Source: an uncultured archaeon (lineage in GTDB: Archaea > Thermoplasmatota > Thermoplasmata > Thermoplasmatales > Thermoplasmataceae). From it: a stretch of DNA of 64,000 nt. Both the position numbers and the translations under genes were made by a program. This document shows positions 18,502-28,649 of the stretch, piece by piece. The stretch's first letter is position 1. Every line of letters begins with the position of its first letter. The stretch lies in the NCBI GenBank assembly GCA_000965745.1, contig CP009479.1, forward strand, positions 768,001 through 832,000, read 5' to 3'. The notes under the pieces were generated by a model. The model saw only the letters and a program-made list of their open reading frames with translations, was not told the origin of the DNA and made no database searches.

Positions 18502-19656
18502 ATGTCTGACGAAAGTATTCAGGAAACTCAATTTTCAAGAGGCCTGGAGGGAATTATTGCTGCTGAAACAAAAATTGGTTATGTCGACGGTCTTAATGGC
18601 AAGCTTGTTTATCGCGGATATGACATAAACGTTCTCGCTGAGCAATCAAATTACGAAGAAGTGTCTTACCTGCTTTTGAAGGGCCATCTCCCATCCAAGG
18701 ATGAGTATGATCAGTACGTTGCAGGGTTGAAGAAGTCCATGGACTTGGAGAAGGACGAGTACGACCTTATATCACAGGTCTCAAAAACCTCGCATCCCAT
18801 GTCTACCCTTCGAACTATGGTTTCATATATAGGCGGGAAAGACTCAGGCAGTGTGGAACCAGATCTGGAAAAGCAGGAGGACATAAGTGTTAATCTCATT
18901 GCAAAACTTCCCACAATAGTGGCTGCGATCAACAGGGCAACACAGGGAAGGGAATTTGTTAAGCCGGATCCAGATCTCTCATATTCATCAAACTTCTTCT
19001 ATATGTCAACAGGCAGGAAGCCTGACACTGTTGAAGCCAGGATGCTTGACACAGCTCTGATGCTTCATGCAGATCATGGAATGAACGCCTCAACCTTTGC
19101 AGCCATGCTGACGATCTCGACACTATCCGACATGTATTCTGCTGTAACTTCTGCTGTATCAACCCTTAAGGGACCGCTTCACGGAGGTGCAAACGAGAGG
19201 GCACTTGCATTGATCAGAAAGGTTGGAACCCCTGAAAATGCGGACAAGGTAATCGGTGACATGATAGAAAAAAAGGAAAAGATCATGGGATTCGGGCACA
19301 GGGTGTACAAGGTATATGACCCCAGGGCCAAAATTCTCAAGGAATATGCGAAATATGTTGCTGAGAAGAATAACAAGCCTGAGCTGTTCCATACAGCAGA
19401 GAAGATAGAAGAAGTCATGATAAACAAGCTTGGCAGCAAGGGAATTTTCCCAAATGTCGACTTCTATTCGGGAATGATCTATTATTCCATGGGCTTTGAG
19501 CCTGAGATATTCACACCGATATTTGCAGTAGGAAGAATATCTGGCTGGGTATCCAGGGCACTTGAGTACCTCTCAGACAACAGGCTTTTCAGGCCAAAGG
19601 CGAGGTATATCGGGGAATCTGAGCTCAGGAAATACACGCCTATAAACGAACGCTGA
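18502..19656 (+). CDS. gltA: Citrate (or 2-methylcitrate) synthase
   Basis: GLEG, DHGMNASTF, GPLHGGANE, GFGHRVYK, FPNVDFYSG. Confidence 0.93.
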   Translation: MSDESIQETQFSRGLEGIIAAETKIGYVDGLNGKLVYRGYDINVLAEQSNYEEVSYLLLKGHLPSKDEYDQYVAGLKKSMDLEKDEYDLISQVSKTSHPMSTLRTMVSYIGGKDSGSVEPDLEKQEDISVNLIAKLPTIVAAINRATQGREFVKPDPDLSYSSNFFYMSTGRKPDTVEARMLDTALMLHADHGMNASTFAAMLTISTLSDMYSAVTSAVSTLKGPLHGGANERALALIRKVGTPENADKVIGDMIEKKEKIMGFGHRVYKVYDPRAKILKEYAKYVAEKNNKPELFHTAEKIEEVMINKLGSKGIFPNVDFYSGMIYYSMGFEPEIFTPIFAVGRISGWVSRALEYLSDNRLFRPKARYIGESELRKYTPINER

Positions 19657-19769
19657 TTGAATCGATCAGCGCCTTTCATATTTTTTTGAAACAAGACTGG
19701 AAAAAGCTGTTAAAGCAACCTCATATGCGAAATTCTAAAAATTTATCTTTATCCCCGATATAAATTTTC

Positions 19770-20231
19770 ATGGTCTATTTTGAGCCATTCAAGGAAGATG
19801 AATTTAAGCAATACTGGAATTATTCTGTGAACTCCTGGAAAAAAGACATGGTAAGGGCGGGACTAATAGACGAAAGAGTAACATTTAAAGAAGCAGAAGA
19901 ACAGATTAAAAGATTTGTCCCTAATGGCCTGAAAACTCCGAACCACTATTTCATGCACATAGTATCCGAAGGCCAGAAAATCGGCAATTTATGGTTGGAG
20001 ATCAGGAAAAGAGGAGCCACTGAAGCTTACCTTTGGGACATACTCATCAACGAAGATCAAAGAGGGAAAGGTTACGGAAAGTCTACCACGGCAAAAATAC
20101 ATCAGTTTGCAAAGGAGAAGGGTGCTGCAAAAATCTCACTGAATGTTTTTGCTTACAATGGTGTTGCCAGGAACCTCTACGAAACGCTTGGATATCACGA
20201 AGCAGCCATAACGATGATCAAATTTCTCTGA
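19770..20231 (+). CDS. GNAT family N-acetyltransferase
   Basis: Acetyl-CoA motif A QRGKGYG; LNVFAYNGVARNLYETLGY. Confidence 0.9.
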   Translation: MVYFEPFKEDEFKQYWNYSVNSWKKDMVRAGLIDERVTFKEAEEQIKRFVPNGLKTPNHYFMHIVSEGQKIGNLWLEIRKRGATEAYLWDILINEDQRGKGYGKSTTAKIHQFAKEKGAAKISLNVFAYNGVARNLYETLGYHEAAITMIKFL

Positions 20232-20283
20232 CTTCCTGCTACAGTAACCTCAGGCAGACAGCACACCCCCTCTTGTACAGATC

Positions 20284-21255
20284 TCATTCTGTCAAAGTCC
20301 TGGTGATAAGGGACCTTATATCTTCAACTCTTCTTGGAGCTTCAGTGGTGGACCTGTTAAGAAGGTCGCACAATGCCACTAGATCCTGCAGTTTAGCGAG
20401 CATTCTCCAGTTCGGATCGAGAAAGCATCCTCCCTCCCTGTAGCCTTTGATGAAATGCCTCTCAAAGGCAGATCCCTCCTCCTCATAACGGAGCAAGTTC
20501 CCAATATCGGCATATCTGCTTCCTGAGAAAGCAAACTCCCAGTCAAGAACTGCAGAAACAGATACATCCGGTGTGTCACCTTCTATCAGAATATTAAGGC
20601 CATTGTAGTCAGAGTGAACCAGGGCAGGTTCCTCTTCGTTTTCCATCAATGCGTAGCTGTTCTTTATGCAGAATTTCCACAGGCTGTCTCTGATCGTATG
20701 TCCCAGAAATTCTCCACACCTCTCATTCAAAAATTTCCCGGTAAGTTGAAGAAAATGCGTCTCGTCTAGTCTGAATGGGGTCACAACTTCAAGGCTTGGC
20801 CCTAAGAATCCATGCTCACTGAATTTATACTTGTGTATCTCTGCCAGAGTCCTCCCTACCGGGTTTGCATATGAAGCTATATCGGAGGAGTCTCCAATTT
20901 TCATCAACTCTGACAATGCAGTACCGGGTTTCCACTCCAAGATTGCCCAAGGAATATCCAAAAGTCTGGAGCTAGTATCGACATGGATGTAATCTGCTGT
21001 AGGCACAGTCTTTCTTACTAGTCTTGAAATGCTCATTTCCTTCCCGGCGGTGTCTTTGCCTCCTTTATAGAGGCGAAGAACCAAAGGCTCAGAAAAATCT
21101 TCAAGAAATATCATGTAATTGGAATTTCTAAATCCTGTGCCCAGAAGATTGAATGAATCTACCTTACTGTTTTTGAAAACAGATTCTATGACTCTTGAAA
21201 TCTGGTCAAGTCCGAGTGGGTAGTATTTTTCATGCCTTTCCCAGTTGTCTTTCAT
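20284..21255 (-). CDS. Aminoglycoside phosphotransferase/choline-kinase-like protein
   Basis: GFRNSNY, VLRLY, LVHSDYNGLNIL (Brenner motif), LDWEFA. Confidence 0.88.
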   Translation of the reverse strand: MKDNWERHEKYYPLGLDQISRVIESVFKNSKVDSFNLLGTGFRNSNYMIFLEDFSEPLVLRLYKGGKDTAGKEMSISRLVRKTVPTADYIHVDTSSRLLDIPWAILEWKPGTALSELMKIGDSSDIASYANPVGRTLAEIHKYKFSEHGFLGPSLEVVTPFRLDETHFLQLTGKFLNERCGEFLGHTIRDSLWKFCIKNSYALMENEEEPALVHSDYNGLNILIEGDTPDVSVSAVLDWEFAFSGSRYADIGNLLRYEEEGSAFERHFIKGYREGGCFLDPNWRMLAKLQDLVALCDLLNRSTTEAPRRVEDIRSLITRTLTE

Positions 21256-21373
21256 TCTTCATTCATCCTTTATCCTTGGACAGTAAGTTAGCCTAAGGAT
21301 AGTTCATTATGTTTTCACTGGAATTTTTGCCGAGCGCAATGCTTAATTTATGCGCCCGCTTTTCAATTCAGTA

Positions 21374-21859
21374 ATGAGCTACGTTCTGGACACATCGGCC
21401 ATTATATCGAGGAGATTCAACTTAGCAGGTCCTGATGTATTGATCCCGGATTCTGTTATCGAAGAGATCAGGAAGGGAAAACTCAAATCAATGCTCGATG
21501 CAATGGATGAAACGATCAAGGTAATGTCACCTTCACGCGAATCAATCAAAGCTGTAAGAGAGAAGGCACGCATCTCTGGTGACCTGGACGAGCTAAGCGA
21601 TACCGACATTGACGTTATTGCACTTGCCTATGAAACCAAGTCGAAGATCATATCGGACGATTTTGCCATTCAGAATGTGGCATCGCTCCTGTCTATCGAT
21701 TTCATGGGTGCGGATATCTCAGAAATTAGGCAGCAGGTAATCTGGAATTACAGGTGCACCGGCTGTAGGAAGTTTTTTACAACGCCCATAGGGCTATGCC
21801 CTGTCTGCGGGCACGAGGTTGTTAGGTCTAGAGCGGTCTCCAGAAAGAAGAAGAAATAA
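21374..21859 (+). CDS. nob1: Nob1 rRNA-maturation endonuclease (PIN + Zn ribbon)
   Basis: VLDTSA, LSDTDIDVIALA, SDDFAIQNVA, CTGC...CPVCG. Confidence 0.92.
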   Translation: MSYVLDTSAIISRRFNLAGPDVLIPDSVIEEIRKGKLKSMLDAMDETIKVMSPSRESIKAVREKARISGDLDELSDTDIDVIALAYETKSKIISDDFAIQNVASLLSIDFMGADISEIRQQVIWNYRCTGCRKFFTTPIGLCPVCGHEVVRSRAVSRKKKK

Positions 21860-21896
21860 AGGAAATATTAAAGATTCAATAGAGCAATACTAAATC

Positions 21897-22487
21897 ATGA
21901 TCGACATAAGCCTTCCCCTGAACAGGGATCTTATAACCTACCCCGGAGACGCAAAGTATGAAGAGTACGAGTACTACACCCATGAGAAGAACCATGTCCA
22001 TATTATGCGGATCCTGATGGAAACCCACAGTGGAACCCATTTTGACGCACCATACCACATGATCCCGGATGGAATGAAGGCAGATGAGATCGACCTGGAC
22101 AGATTCATTGGGAAAGCAACAATTGTAAAGGTTGATGGAAACTCAATTGATGCGGAAGACATACCGGATTCCCATAACGAGATCGTCCTTTTCAAGACAA
22201 GAAACTCGGAAATGTATGATCGCTTCGACACAACTTTCACCTATCTTTCTCCAGAGGGTGCTGACAAGCTAGTTGACCATAATGTGAAACTGGTTGGTAT
22301 TGATTACCTGTCAATAGAAAAATTCGGCAGCCATGAGCCAGTAGTGCACAGAAAACTGCTCGGCAATGACGTTGTTATCATCGAAGGGTTGAACATGAAG
22401 GATGTCATTCCGGGAGACTACGAATTCATATGCCTGCCTCTGAGGATGTCAGAAGACGGTGCACCCTGCAGAGCCGTCCTGAGGTAG
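21897..22487 (+). CDS. Cyclase family metal hydrolase (kynurenine formamidase-like)
   Basis: HSGTHFDAPYH, GIDYLS, VIIEGL, DGAPCRA. Confidence 0.9.
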   Translation: MIDISLPLNRDLITYPGDAKYEEYEYYTHEKNHVHIMRILMETHSGTHFDAPYHMIPDGMKADEIDLDRFIGKATIVKVDGNSIDAEDIPDSHNEIVLFKTRNSEMYDRFDTTFTYLSPEGADKLVDHNVKLVGIDYLSIEKFGSHEPVVHRKLLGNDVVIIEGLNMKDVIPGDYEFICLPLRMSEDGAPCRAVLR

Positions 22488-22580
22488 CCTGCAGGATGCC
22501 GGAGAGGAATTATGCGGGACTTACTATTTTTTCGCACTCTCCCTATAATATTTAATAAAGTAAGCAGTTACTCTCAGTGA

Positions 22581-23219
22581 ATGAGCTTCCTCCCCTTCTC
22601 ACTTTCCAGCCTTGAGTACTACCTGTATCACTGGGCGTACTTCCCAAGCATATTTCCGCATCCGTACTCTCTCATTTCTCTTCTTGTCCTTTTCACCATA
22701 GGATTGGCCCTCATGTTTAAGGGAAACTATTCATGGAACGTTATTTTCGGAGCTCTTGGAGCCTATTTCGGCTTCATCATGGGCCATTACATCACCACAG
22801 TAGTCCCAATTGCCCCATTTCCGTCCCTTCTGGCTTATGTTGCAGGAGCAGTTCTGGGGGCAATATTGCTCATATTTCTTGTTAGGGTATTCCTGTCACT
22901 GGGCATTTCCTACCTTGCGTACATGGCAGTCCAGACACTCTTTCCGGGGCACATCGTTACAGGAGGGATCGTCCTTCTCGCGGTATTTCTTGTTGCTTTC
23001 ATACTTTACAGGAAAATAGTGACAGGGATAGCAGCCGTCATAGGCGCATTCATTGTCTGGTTTACGGTCATGAATTTCGGTGTCCCCACACTGACTGCTC
23101 AGGTCTTAGCAGCAATCATGTTCGCGCTGGGGCTGTTTATCCAGATCAATGGCAAAAGCTCATCAAGAGAGAAAAGAAAGGGAATTCGGCCCTTCGATCA
23201 GGACACAAAATGGGAGTGA
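22581..23219 (+). CDS. Multi-pass membrane protein (DUF4203-like)
   Basis: About 7 hydrophobic segments, basic C-terminal tail. Confidence 0.7.
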   Translation: MSFLPFSLSSLEYYLYHWAYFPSIFPHPYSLISLLVLFTIGLALMFKGNYSWNVIFGALGAYFGFIMGHYITTVVPIAPFPSLLAYVAGAVLGAILLIFLVRVFLSLGISYLAYMAVQTLFPGHIVTGGIVLLAVFLVAFILYRKIVTGIAAVIGAFIVWFTVMNFGVPTLTAQVLAAIMFALGLFIQINGKSSSREKRKGIRPFDQDTKWE

Positions 23220-23238
23220 TTCATCGGCCATTGTATTC

Positions 23239-24978
23239 TCAGGCATTCTGCTGCTTAGCAAGGTAATCGTTGAACCTTGAAACGAACTCATTTGCATCCG
23301 CTATGATGCCGAAGTCAGCATACCTGAATATCGGGGCCTTGCTGTCCGTATTTATGGCAATAATCTTGCCCGCATACCTTATTCCAACGACATGATTGTC
23401 CTGGCCAGATACTCCAAGGGAAATGTACGTCTTCGGTGAAATTGATACCCCCGTCAGCCCTATCTGCTGTTGCCTGGGCATCCATCTCATATCAACTATA
23501 GGTCTCGTCCCTCCAACGCTTGCAGAGAGTCTTGATGCAAGCTCCATCACAGGGGCAAGATTGTTCCTGCTCTTCAGTCCTCTTCCTGCACCTATCACCG
23601 TATCGGAGTAGCCAAGAGGCTTGAAGTCGGAAGACACAGGCTCAAAATTCAGCTTTTCAATGGAACTTCTGGCTGTTACCGCAAACTCTTCAACCGCAAA
23701 CTCCTTTTTTCCTTTCACGAGCTTGAACATGCCAGGCCTTGCAGTAGCCATCCGTGGTGAAGTCTTTGAGGTTATTGAGGCAACTATGCCGCCACCAAAG
23801 GCAGGTTTGTACTGAATAAGCTCCTCACCTTTTATTGTCACGTCTATACAGTCTGCGGTGAGCCCAAGGCCAAGTTTTGCAGCAATCATTGCTGACACCT
23901 CCCTCCCTTTGACAGTGGAGGGAAATATGACGTGCTTCGGGTTGAGTTTCTTGATGAGCTCGGCTATTTCGGCAGCCAAGACATCACTTTCCCCTGCATT
24001 GAGGTAGTAGTATTTGTGGCACAACATCCCCTTGATCAGATCAGCCCTGATATTTCCGACCATTACTGCGTTAAGGCCGTTTTCTTCTGCAAGATTTGAG
24101 ATTTTGGAAGCAATCTCGAGAGACACTTCAGCATCGTCCAGGGCGATACCCCAGATGGATTTCCTGCTCTCTTCGAAGTCATCAAGTGCAACCTGTTCCA
24201 TTTCATTTTCTTCTGAAGCTTCCCTGTTTATGATTCTTAAAATTCTGTCAAACAGATTGTCGTCGTAATCGAGATATTCGACACTCCTGCCACTTTCTAT
24301 ACTTTCCGTGCCTGTTACAACTGTGGGAGAGTCCCTGCTTCCGACAATATCCAGGCCGAGTCTTTCAGCGTTCAGAGTTTGTATTCTTTCATACATCGGG
24401 GGAACATCTTCTTTTATTGCCCTGGCTCTGTTTATCTTCTCACTCACTGAAAATACGGCGGGGAACTTCACCCTGTAATCGGCCAGGCCCGACTCATTCT
24501 CGTGCTGCACGATACAGGATTCTGAATCTTCTTCAATCTGAATCTTTGAAATTGATGACTTGAAGTTATAGCCTGACAGTACCGCAACTTCCGGGGGAAC
24601 CTGTGAAGTCTCACCGTCAAGTGAATACTTGCCCATCAGGACAATATCCGGCTTTACGAGATCTACCACATTTGCAAGGATTCTTGATGTTACAAGTGTG
24701 TCAGATCCTCCAAAAACCCTGTCGGTAACAAGGAAGGCTTTGTCTATTCCCATCCTAAGAGAGTCGTTAAGGATCTCCTTGGACTGCGGAGGCCCCATTG
24801 TCGCAACAAAGGTCTCACAACCGTGGTTTTCTTTTAGGCGTATGGCCTCCTCTACTGCTTTCTTGTCAAAAGAGTTGATCAGCAAGGGAACATTCTCCCT
24901 TACTATTCGTTTAGTCTCAGGGTCGAAGGAAATCTGATTAACGTCCGGGATCTGCTTGGCAAAGACGAGAACCTTCAT
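23239..24978 (-). CDS. Fused electron transfer flavoprotein beta-alpha (EtfB-EtfA/FixAB-like)
   Basis: N-half KQIPD, MGPP, DRVFGGSDT, DGETSQVPP; C-half GLTADC, PAFGG, GAGRG, GGTRP, QIGLTG, GVSG, AINTD..APIF. Confidence 0.92.
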   Translation of the reverse strand: MKVLVFAKQIPDVNQISFDPETKRIVRENVPLLINSFDKKAVEEAIRLKENHGCETFVATMGPPQSKEILNDSLRMGIDKAFLVTDRVFGGSDTLVTSRILANVVDLVKPDIVLMGKYSLDGETSQVPPEVAVLSGYNFKSSISKIQIEEDSESCIVQHENESGLADYRVKFPAVFSVSEKINRARAIKEDVPPMYERIQTLNAERLGLDIVGSRDSPTVVTGTESIESGRSVEYLDYDDNLFDRILRIINREASEENEMEQVALDDFEESRKSIWGIALDDAEVSLEIASKISNLAEENGLNAVMVGNIRADLIKGMLCHKYYYLNAGESDVLAAEIAELIKKLNPKHVIFPSTVKGREVSAMIAAKLGLGLTADCIDVTIKGEELIQYKPAFGGGIVASITSKTSPRMATARPGMFKLVKGKKEFAVEEFAVTARSSIEKLNFEPVSSDFKPLGYSDTVIGAGRGLKSRNNLAPVMELASRLSASVGGTRPIVDMRWMPRQQQIGLTGVSISPKTYISLGVSGQDNHVVGIRYAGKIIAINTDSKAPIFRYADFGIIADANEFVSRFNDYLAKQQNA

Positions 24979-25295
24979 TCCACATCTACCATGACTTCTC
25001 CGTTCTCCACCTTGGTCTCGTACGATTTGAGGGGAGAGATGTCGCCGGAACCTTCCGGTGGGCTTTTAACGGAGCCGTCAGCAGGGTTGAATGTAGCGAA
25101 ATGATTCGGGCAGATTAGATCGCCATCATCCAGGAACGCTTCAGACAGGTCATACTCTTCATGCGTGCAGTAGGATGAGGTGGCAAAGTATTTTCCCTTA
25201 TCTTTTATTACCAGAATCTCAACATCATTAACAGTGCCCTTGAAGAGGTCACCATCTTTCATAACATCGTCCTTGACTAGTTTGTACCATGCCAT
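24975..25295 (-). CDS. Rieske [2Fe-2S] ferredoxin
   Basis: CTH-x17-CPNH; 106 aa, acidic, no TM segment; ATGA overlap with the ETF gene. Confidence 0.93.
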   Translation of the reverse strand: MAWYKLVKDDVMKDGDLFKGTVNDVEILVIKDKGKYFATSSYCTHEEYDLSEAFLDDGDLICPNHFATFNPADGSVKSPPEGSGDISPLKSYETKVENGEVMVDVE

Positions 25296-25460
25296 AGTTC
25301 GTTATATTAACCAATTTATTATATTTTATCTTGCACAAAAAGCCACATTAATGAAACCATTTGAAGCTCTTTTTCACAAGTATGTTCGGAATGAACAGGG
25401 CGGCTTCATGACCTAATCAATTAGGTTTCTGGTATTTATCTGAATGTAAGTTAAAAAAAT

Positions 25461-25742
25461 ATGGACGAAACATCAAAGCTTGCACTCGCGATAAGCATTC
25501 CCCTCTGGGCATCCCTTGCAGCCATGGTTGCATTTGCGGCTTACTACACTGGGCTGGCTGGAGTTGGTATTATGTTCGTAATAGTGATTGTTGCCACATT
25601 CTATTGGTTTAAGGCCCTTGAAAATTTTACCACCCGAACTCAGGCAGGAAAGGAACAGGAGATTGTATCCCGTTCTGAGGAAAACAGGCTGAACGACATT
25701 GAGGCAAAGCTGGAGGAAATATCGCGGAAGATGAAGCCGTAA
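25461..25742 (+). CDS. Small 2-TM membrane protein with coiled-coil tail
   Basis: Two hydrophobic helices then RLNDIEAKLEEISRK. Confidence 0.65.
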   Translation: MDETSKLALAISIPLWASLAAMVAFAAYYTGLAGVGIMFVIVIVATFYWFKALENFTTRTQAGKEQEIVSRSEENRLNDIEAKLEEISRKMKP

Positions 25743-25878
25743 TGCTGCGTATCTGTTCAGAAAAGCAGGAAAAGTTTGCCTTATAGCTTGTATGAGGAAA
25801 CTGCAATTCAAGTAATTGCACGATCCAGATGCAATTAGAAGCCCTGAGGAATAATTAATTAAATTATCTCAATACACA

Positions 25879-26775
25879 ATGGTCACAGAAGGTATGCCAA
25901 AAATGGACGCAGAGGTTAAGCACAGTTATCTGAAAGCAGGAGAGATCGGAAGGAAAGCACTGGAGTACGCGGTAAGCATGATTGAACCTGGGGCGACGTT
26001 CTATGACGTGGCAGAAAAAGCCGAGCAGTTTATACGCGATGAAGGGGCAAAGCCCTCTTTCCCGCTCAATCTCTCTGTAAACAATGAGGCTGCACACTAC
26101 ACTCCCTCCGAGGGTGATAAAAAGAAATTCCGCAGGGGGGACCTCGTGAAGGTGGACCTGGGTGCAGAAGTGGACGGGTACCCCTCAGATAATGCAATGA
26201 CAATTGAAGTCGGTGAAACGGGAAAATACTCAGATCTGATTGACGCTTCAAGAGAAGCCCTGAATGCCGCCATCAAGAGGATGAGGCCAATGCTGCAGGC
26301 ACGCCAGATAGGGGCAGAGATAGAACGCCAGATAACAAACAGGGGGTTCAAGCCCATAAAGAACCTGGGTGGGCACGGAATAAACCGTTATGATCTCCAC
26401 TCTTCAATATTCATCCCGAATTACGATGACGGAAATGCAGCTTTGATCAAGCCGGACACTGTGATTGCAATCGAGCCTTTTGCGAGCACTGGAATAGGCA
26501 TGGTTCACAACGGCCAGAACGGCAACATCTACATACTCAGCGGAACCAAGAAGGAAGAGGACGAGATAATCTACAAAAACTTCAGCACCCTTCCATTTGC
26601 TGAGAGGTGGCTGGCCAAGGTCAGGCCAGACTACAAGAACTACTTGAGATCCATGGCATCGAGGAGCCAAGTGTCTGCTTTTCCTGTGTTGAAGGAACAC
26701 TCATCCGCAAGGATCTCGCAGGCAGAGCATACCCTGCTCATACTGTCTGATGAAATAATTGTTACAACAAAATAG
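25879..26775 (+). CDS. map: Methionine aminopeptidase type II
   Basis: FPLNLSVNNEAAHYTP, KVDLG..VDGYPSD, NLGGH, AIEPFA, QAEHT. Confidence 0.95.
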   Translation: MVTEGMPKMDAEVKHSYLKAGEIGRKALEYAVSMIEPGATFYDVAEKAEQFIRDEGAKPSFPLNLSVNNEAAHYTPSEGDKKKFRRGDLVKVDLGAEVDGYPSDNAMTIEVGETGKYSDLIDASREALNAAIKRMRPMLQARQIGAEIERQITNRGFKPIKNLGGHGINRYDLHSSIFIPNYDDGNAALIKPDTVIAIEPFASTGIGMVHNGQNGNIYILSGTKKEEDEIIYKNFSTLPFAERWLAKVRPDYKNYLRSMASRSQVSAFPVLKEHSSARISQAEHTLLILSDEIIVTTK

Positions 26776-26780
26776 GATTC

Positions 26781-27377
26781 TTAACACAATTTCTTCACTA
26801 TATATTCTAAAGCATTTTCAGCAACTTCTTCCATATCCCCGGTACTGTCCAGGAAGAGTGTGTTCCGGTCAAGCACTATTCTGTAATACTCCCTGACTTT
26901 TGACAGGTAGGCCGCATTTTCAAACCCGGAATATTTCCCCCTGTTTCCTATCCTCTTCAACGCAGTTTCCGGTTCAATATCCAGGTAAATTGTAATGTCG
27001 GGCAGCACCTCTATGATCCTTGAAACCTGCAGCATCCATTCAACAGTCTCCTGGGGGCTGCCGAAGACAGGCTCTATAAGGACTCCCTGGTATGCAAGGG
27101 AAGAAGCAATGTATCTGTCGGTCAGGACTATATTTCCAATTTCCAGATTCTCCCGTATGGAGGCCTGGTGGTGGAAACGGTCTTCTGTAAATCTGAAAAA
27201 CAGCTCAATCGCTGTCTGGACATCATGCCTGGTGCTTTCATCATCAGACATCCTGAATCTCTCAGTAGGCTCCCTTGTGAGGTGGACTTTGTGGCCACCT
27301 TTGGAAAGCCTGTCGCCTATCAGCCTGGTAAGGGTTGTTTTGCCGCTTCCATCAATCCCTTCTACTGCGATGAACAC
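26781..27377 (-). CDS. tmk: Thymidylate kinase
   Basis: FIAVEGIDGSGKTT, TREP, DRY..SSLAYQ. Confidence 0.93.
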   Translation of the reverse strand: MFIAVEGIDGSGKTTLTRLIGDRLSKGGHKVHLTREPTERFRMSDDESTRHDVQTAIELFFRFTEDRFHHQASIRENLEIGNIVLTDRYIASSLAYQGVLIEPVFGSPQETVEWMLQVSRIIEVLPDITIYLDIEPETALKRIGNRGKYSGFENAAYLSKVREYYRIVLDRNTLFLDSTGDMEEVAENALEYIVKKLC

Positions 27378-27440
27378 AGAAGATTATTACTCAGTTTCAT
27401 TAAAACAGTTTCCTGCCATGGATTTTCCACCATACTTTAT

Positions 27441-28649
27441 ATGAACAAAGACATTGATGACATTGTGTCATCAGAGAGCAGGGCCAAAGGATTCAACACC
27501 ATTGCGACCCATTCGGGAGAATTCAAGGACGCCAGATTCGGCAATGTTACCACACCAATATTCCAGACCTCCACTTTTGTTTTCCCAAATTATGATGAGA
27601 ACGCATATCTGGATCACACCAGAAATGAGCCATATATATACAGCAGGTGGGGTAACCCAACGCTTGAGGCTCTGGAGAAGAAATATTCATCACTCGAAGG
27701 CACGGAATTCGGCCTCTCATTCTCATCAGGAATGGCAGCAATAGTCGCCGCCCTGACCACCCTCGCAGGAAAAGGTGGAAGAATACTCTCAATAAAGGAG
27801 CTTTACGGCCAGACATCATCACTAATGTCCGGTCTGTTCAGCAAGTGGGGGATTGAAGTTGATTTCATGCCAACAGCCCATCTAAACCAGGCCGAAGGAA
27901 TAGGGAAGAACTATGATCTTGTATACACGGAGTCAGTCAGCAACCCTACCCTACAGGTATCCGATATACGGCACATATCCGATATAGCATCCGAAAAGGG
28001 CATACCGGTAGTGGTAGATGCAACCTTTGCTTCTCCGTACAACCAGAAGCCCCTGGACCTGGGAGCATCAGTGTCAGTCCATAGCGGAACGAAATATATT
28101 GCTGGACACAGCGATGTTATCATAGGCGTGCTTGCCACAGGCGAAGAACTCTTCAACAGGATCCAGGCAACAAGAAAGGCTCTGGGAGGAACTCCCGATC
28201 CCTTGCAGGCTTTCCTTGCGAGCAGAGGGTTAAAGACACTCGGCCTCCGGATGGAGAAACATAACAGGAACGGGATGGAAGTCGCCAGATTTCTGGATCA
28301 GCACAACAAGGTGAAGAAGGTGTTTTACCCAGGACTTGAAAGTTTTGAAACGCACAATGTTGCAAAAAAGGTCCTTAAAGGCTACGGAGGAATGATCTCT
28401 TTTGAGGTGCCAGGAGGAACAGATGCGGCAAGGAAGTTCATGAAGAACCTCACAATAGCAGCTCCGGCACCGAGCCTTGGCGGTGTCGAAAGCCTGGTTA
28501 CACTCCCGGTCGATACGAGCCATTCCACTATTCCAAAGGAAATCAGGAAAGAGATGGGCATAGGGGACGGCCTGATTAGATTCTCACTCGGTATCGAGGA
28601 TCACGAGGACATAATCGAGGACATTCAGAGCGCGTTGGGGCAGCTTTGA
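27441..28649 (+). CDS. Cys/Met metabolism PLP enzyme (cystathionine gamma-synthase/lyase or methionine gamma-lyase)
   Basis: TPIFQTSTF, YSRWGNPT, SSGMAA, DATFASP, HSGTKYIAGHSD, SLGGVESL; start moved from 27168 to 27441 (GTG 27465 also possible). Confidence 0.92.
   Translation: MNKDIDDIVSSESRAKGFNTIATHSGEFKDARFGNVTTPIFQTSTFVFPNYDENAYLDHTRNEPYIYSRWGNPTLEALEKKYSSLEGTEFGLSFSSGMAAIVAALTTLAGKGGRILSIKELYGQTSSLMSGLFSKWGIEVDFMPTAHLNQAEGIGKNYDLVYTESVSNPTLQVSDIRHISDIASEKGIPVVVDATFASPYNQKPLDLGASVSVHSGTKYIAGHSDVIIGVLATGEELFNRIQATRKALGGTPDPLQAFLASRGLKTLGLRMEKHNRNGMEVARFLDQHNKVKKVFYPGLESFETHNVAKKVLKGYGGMISFEVPGGTDAARKFMKNLTIAAPAPSLGGVESLVTLPVDTSHSTIPKEIRKEMGIGDGLIRFSLGIEDHEDIIEDIQSALGQL

Noticed and set aside
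27168-27440. Long N-terminal extension of the PLP enzyme ORF overlapping tmk
   Set aside because: Family similarity starts near 27441; the extension is antisense to tmk and looks non-coding
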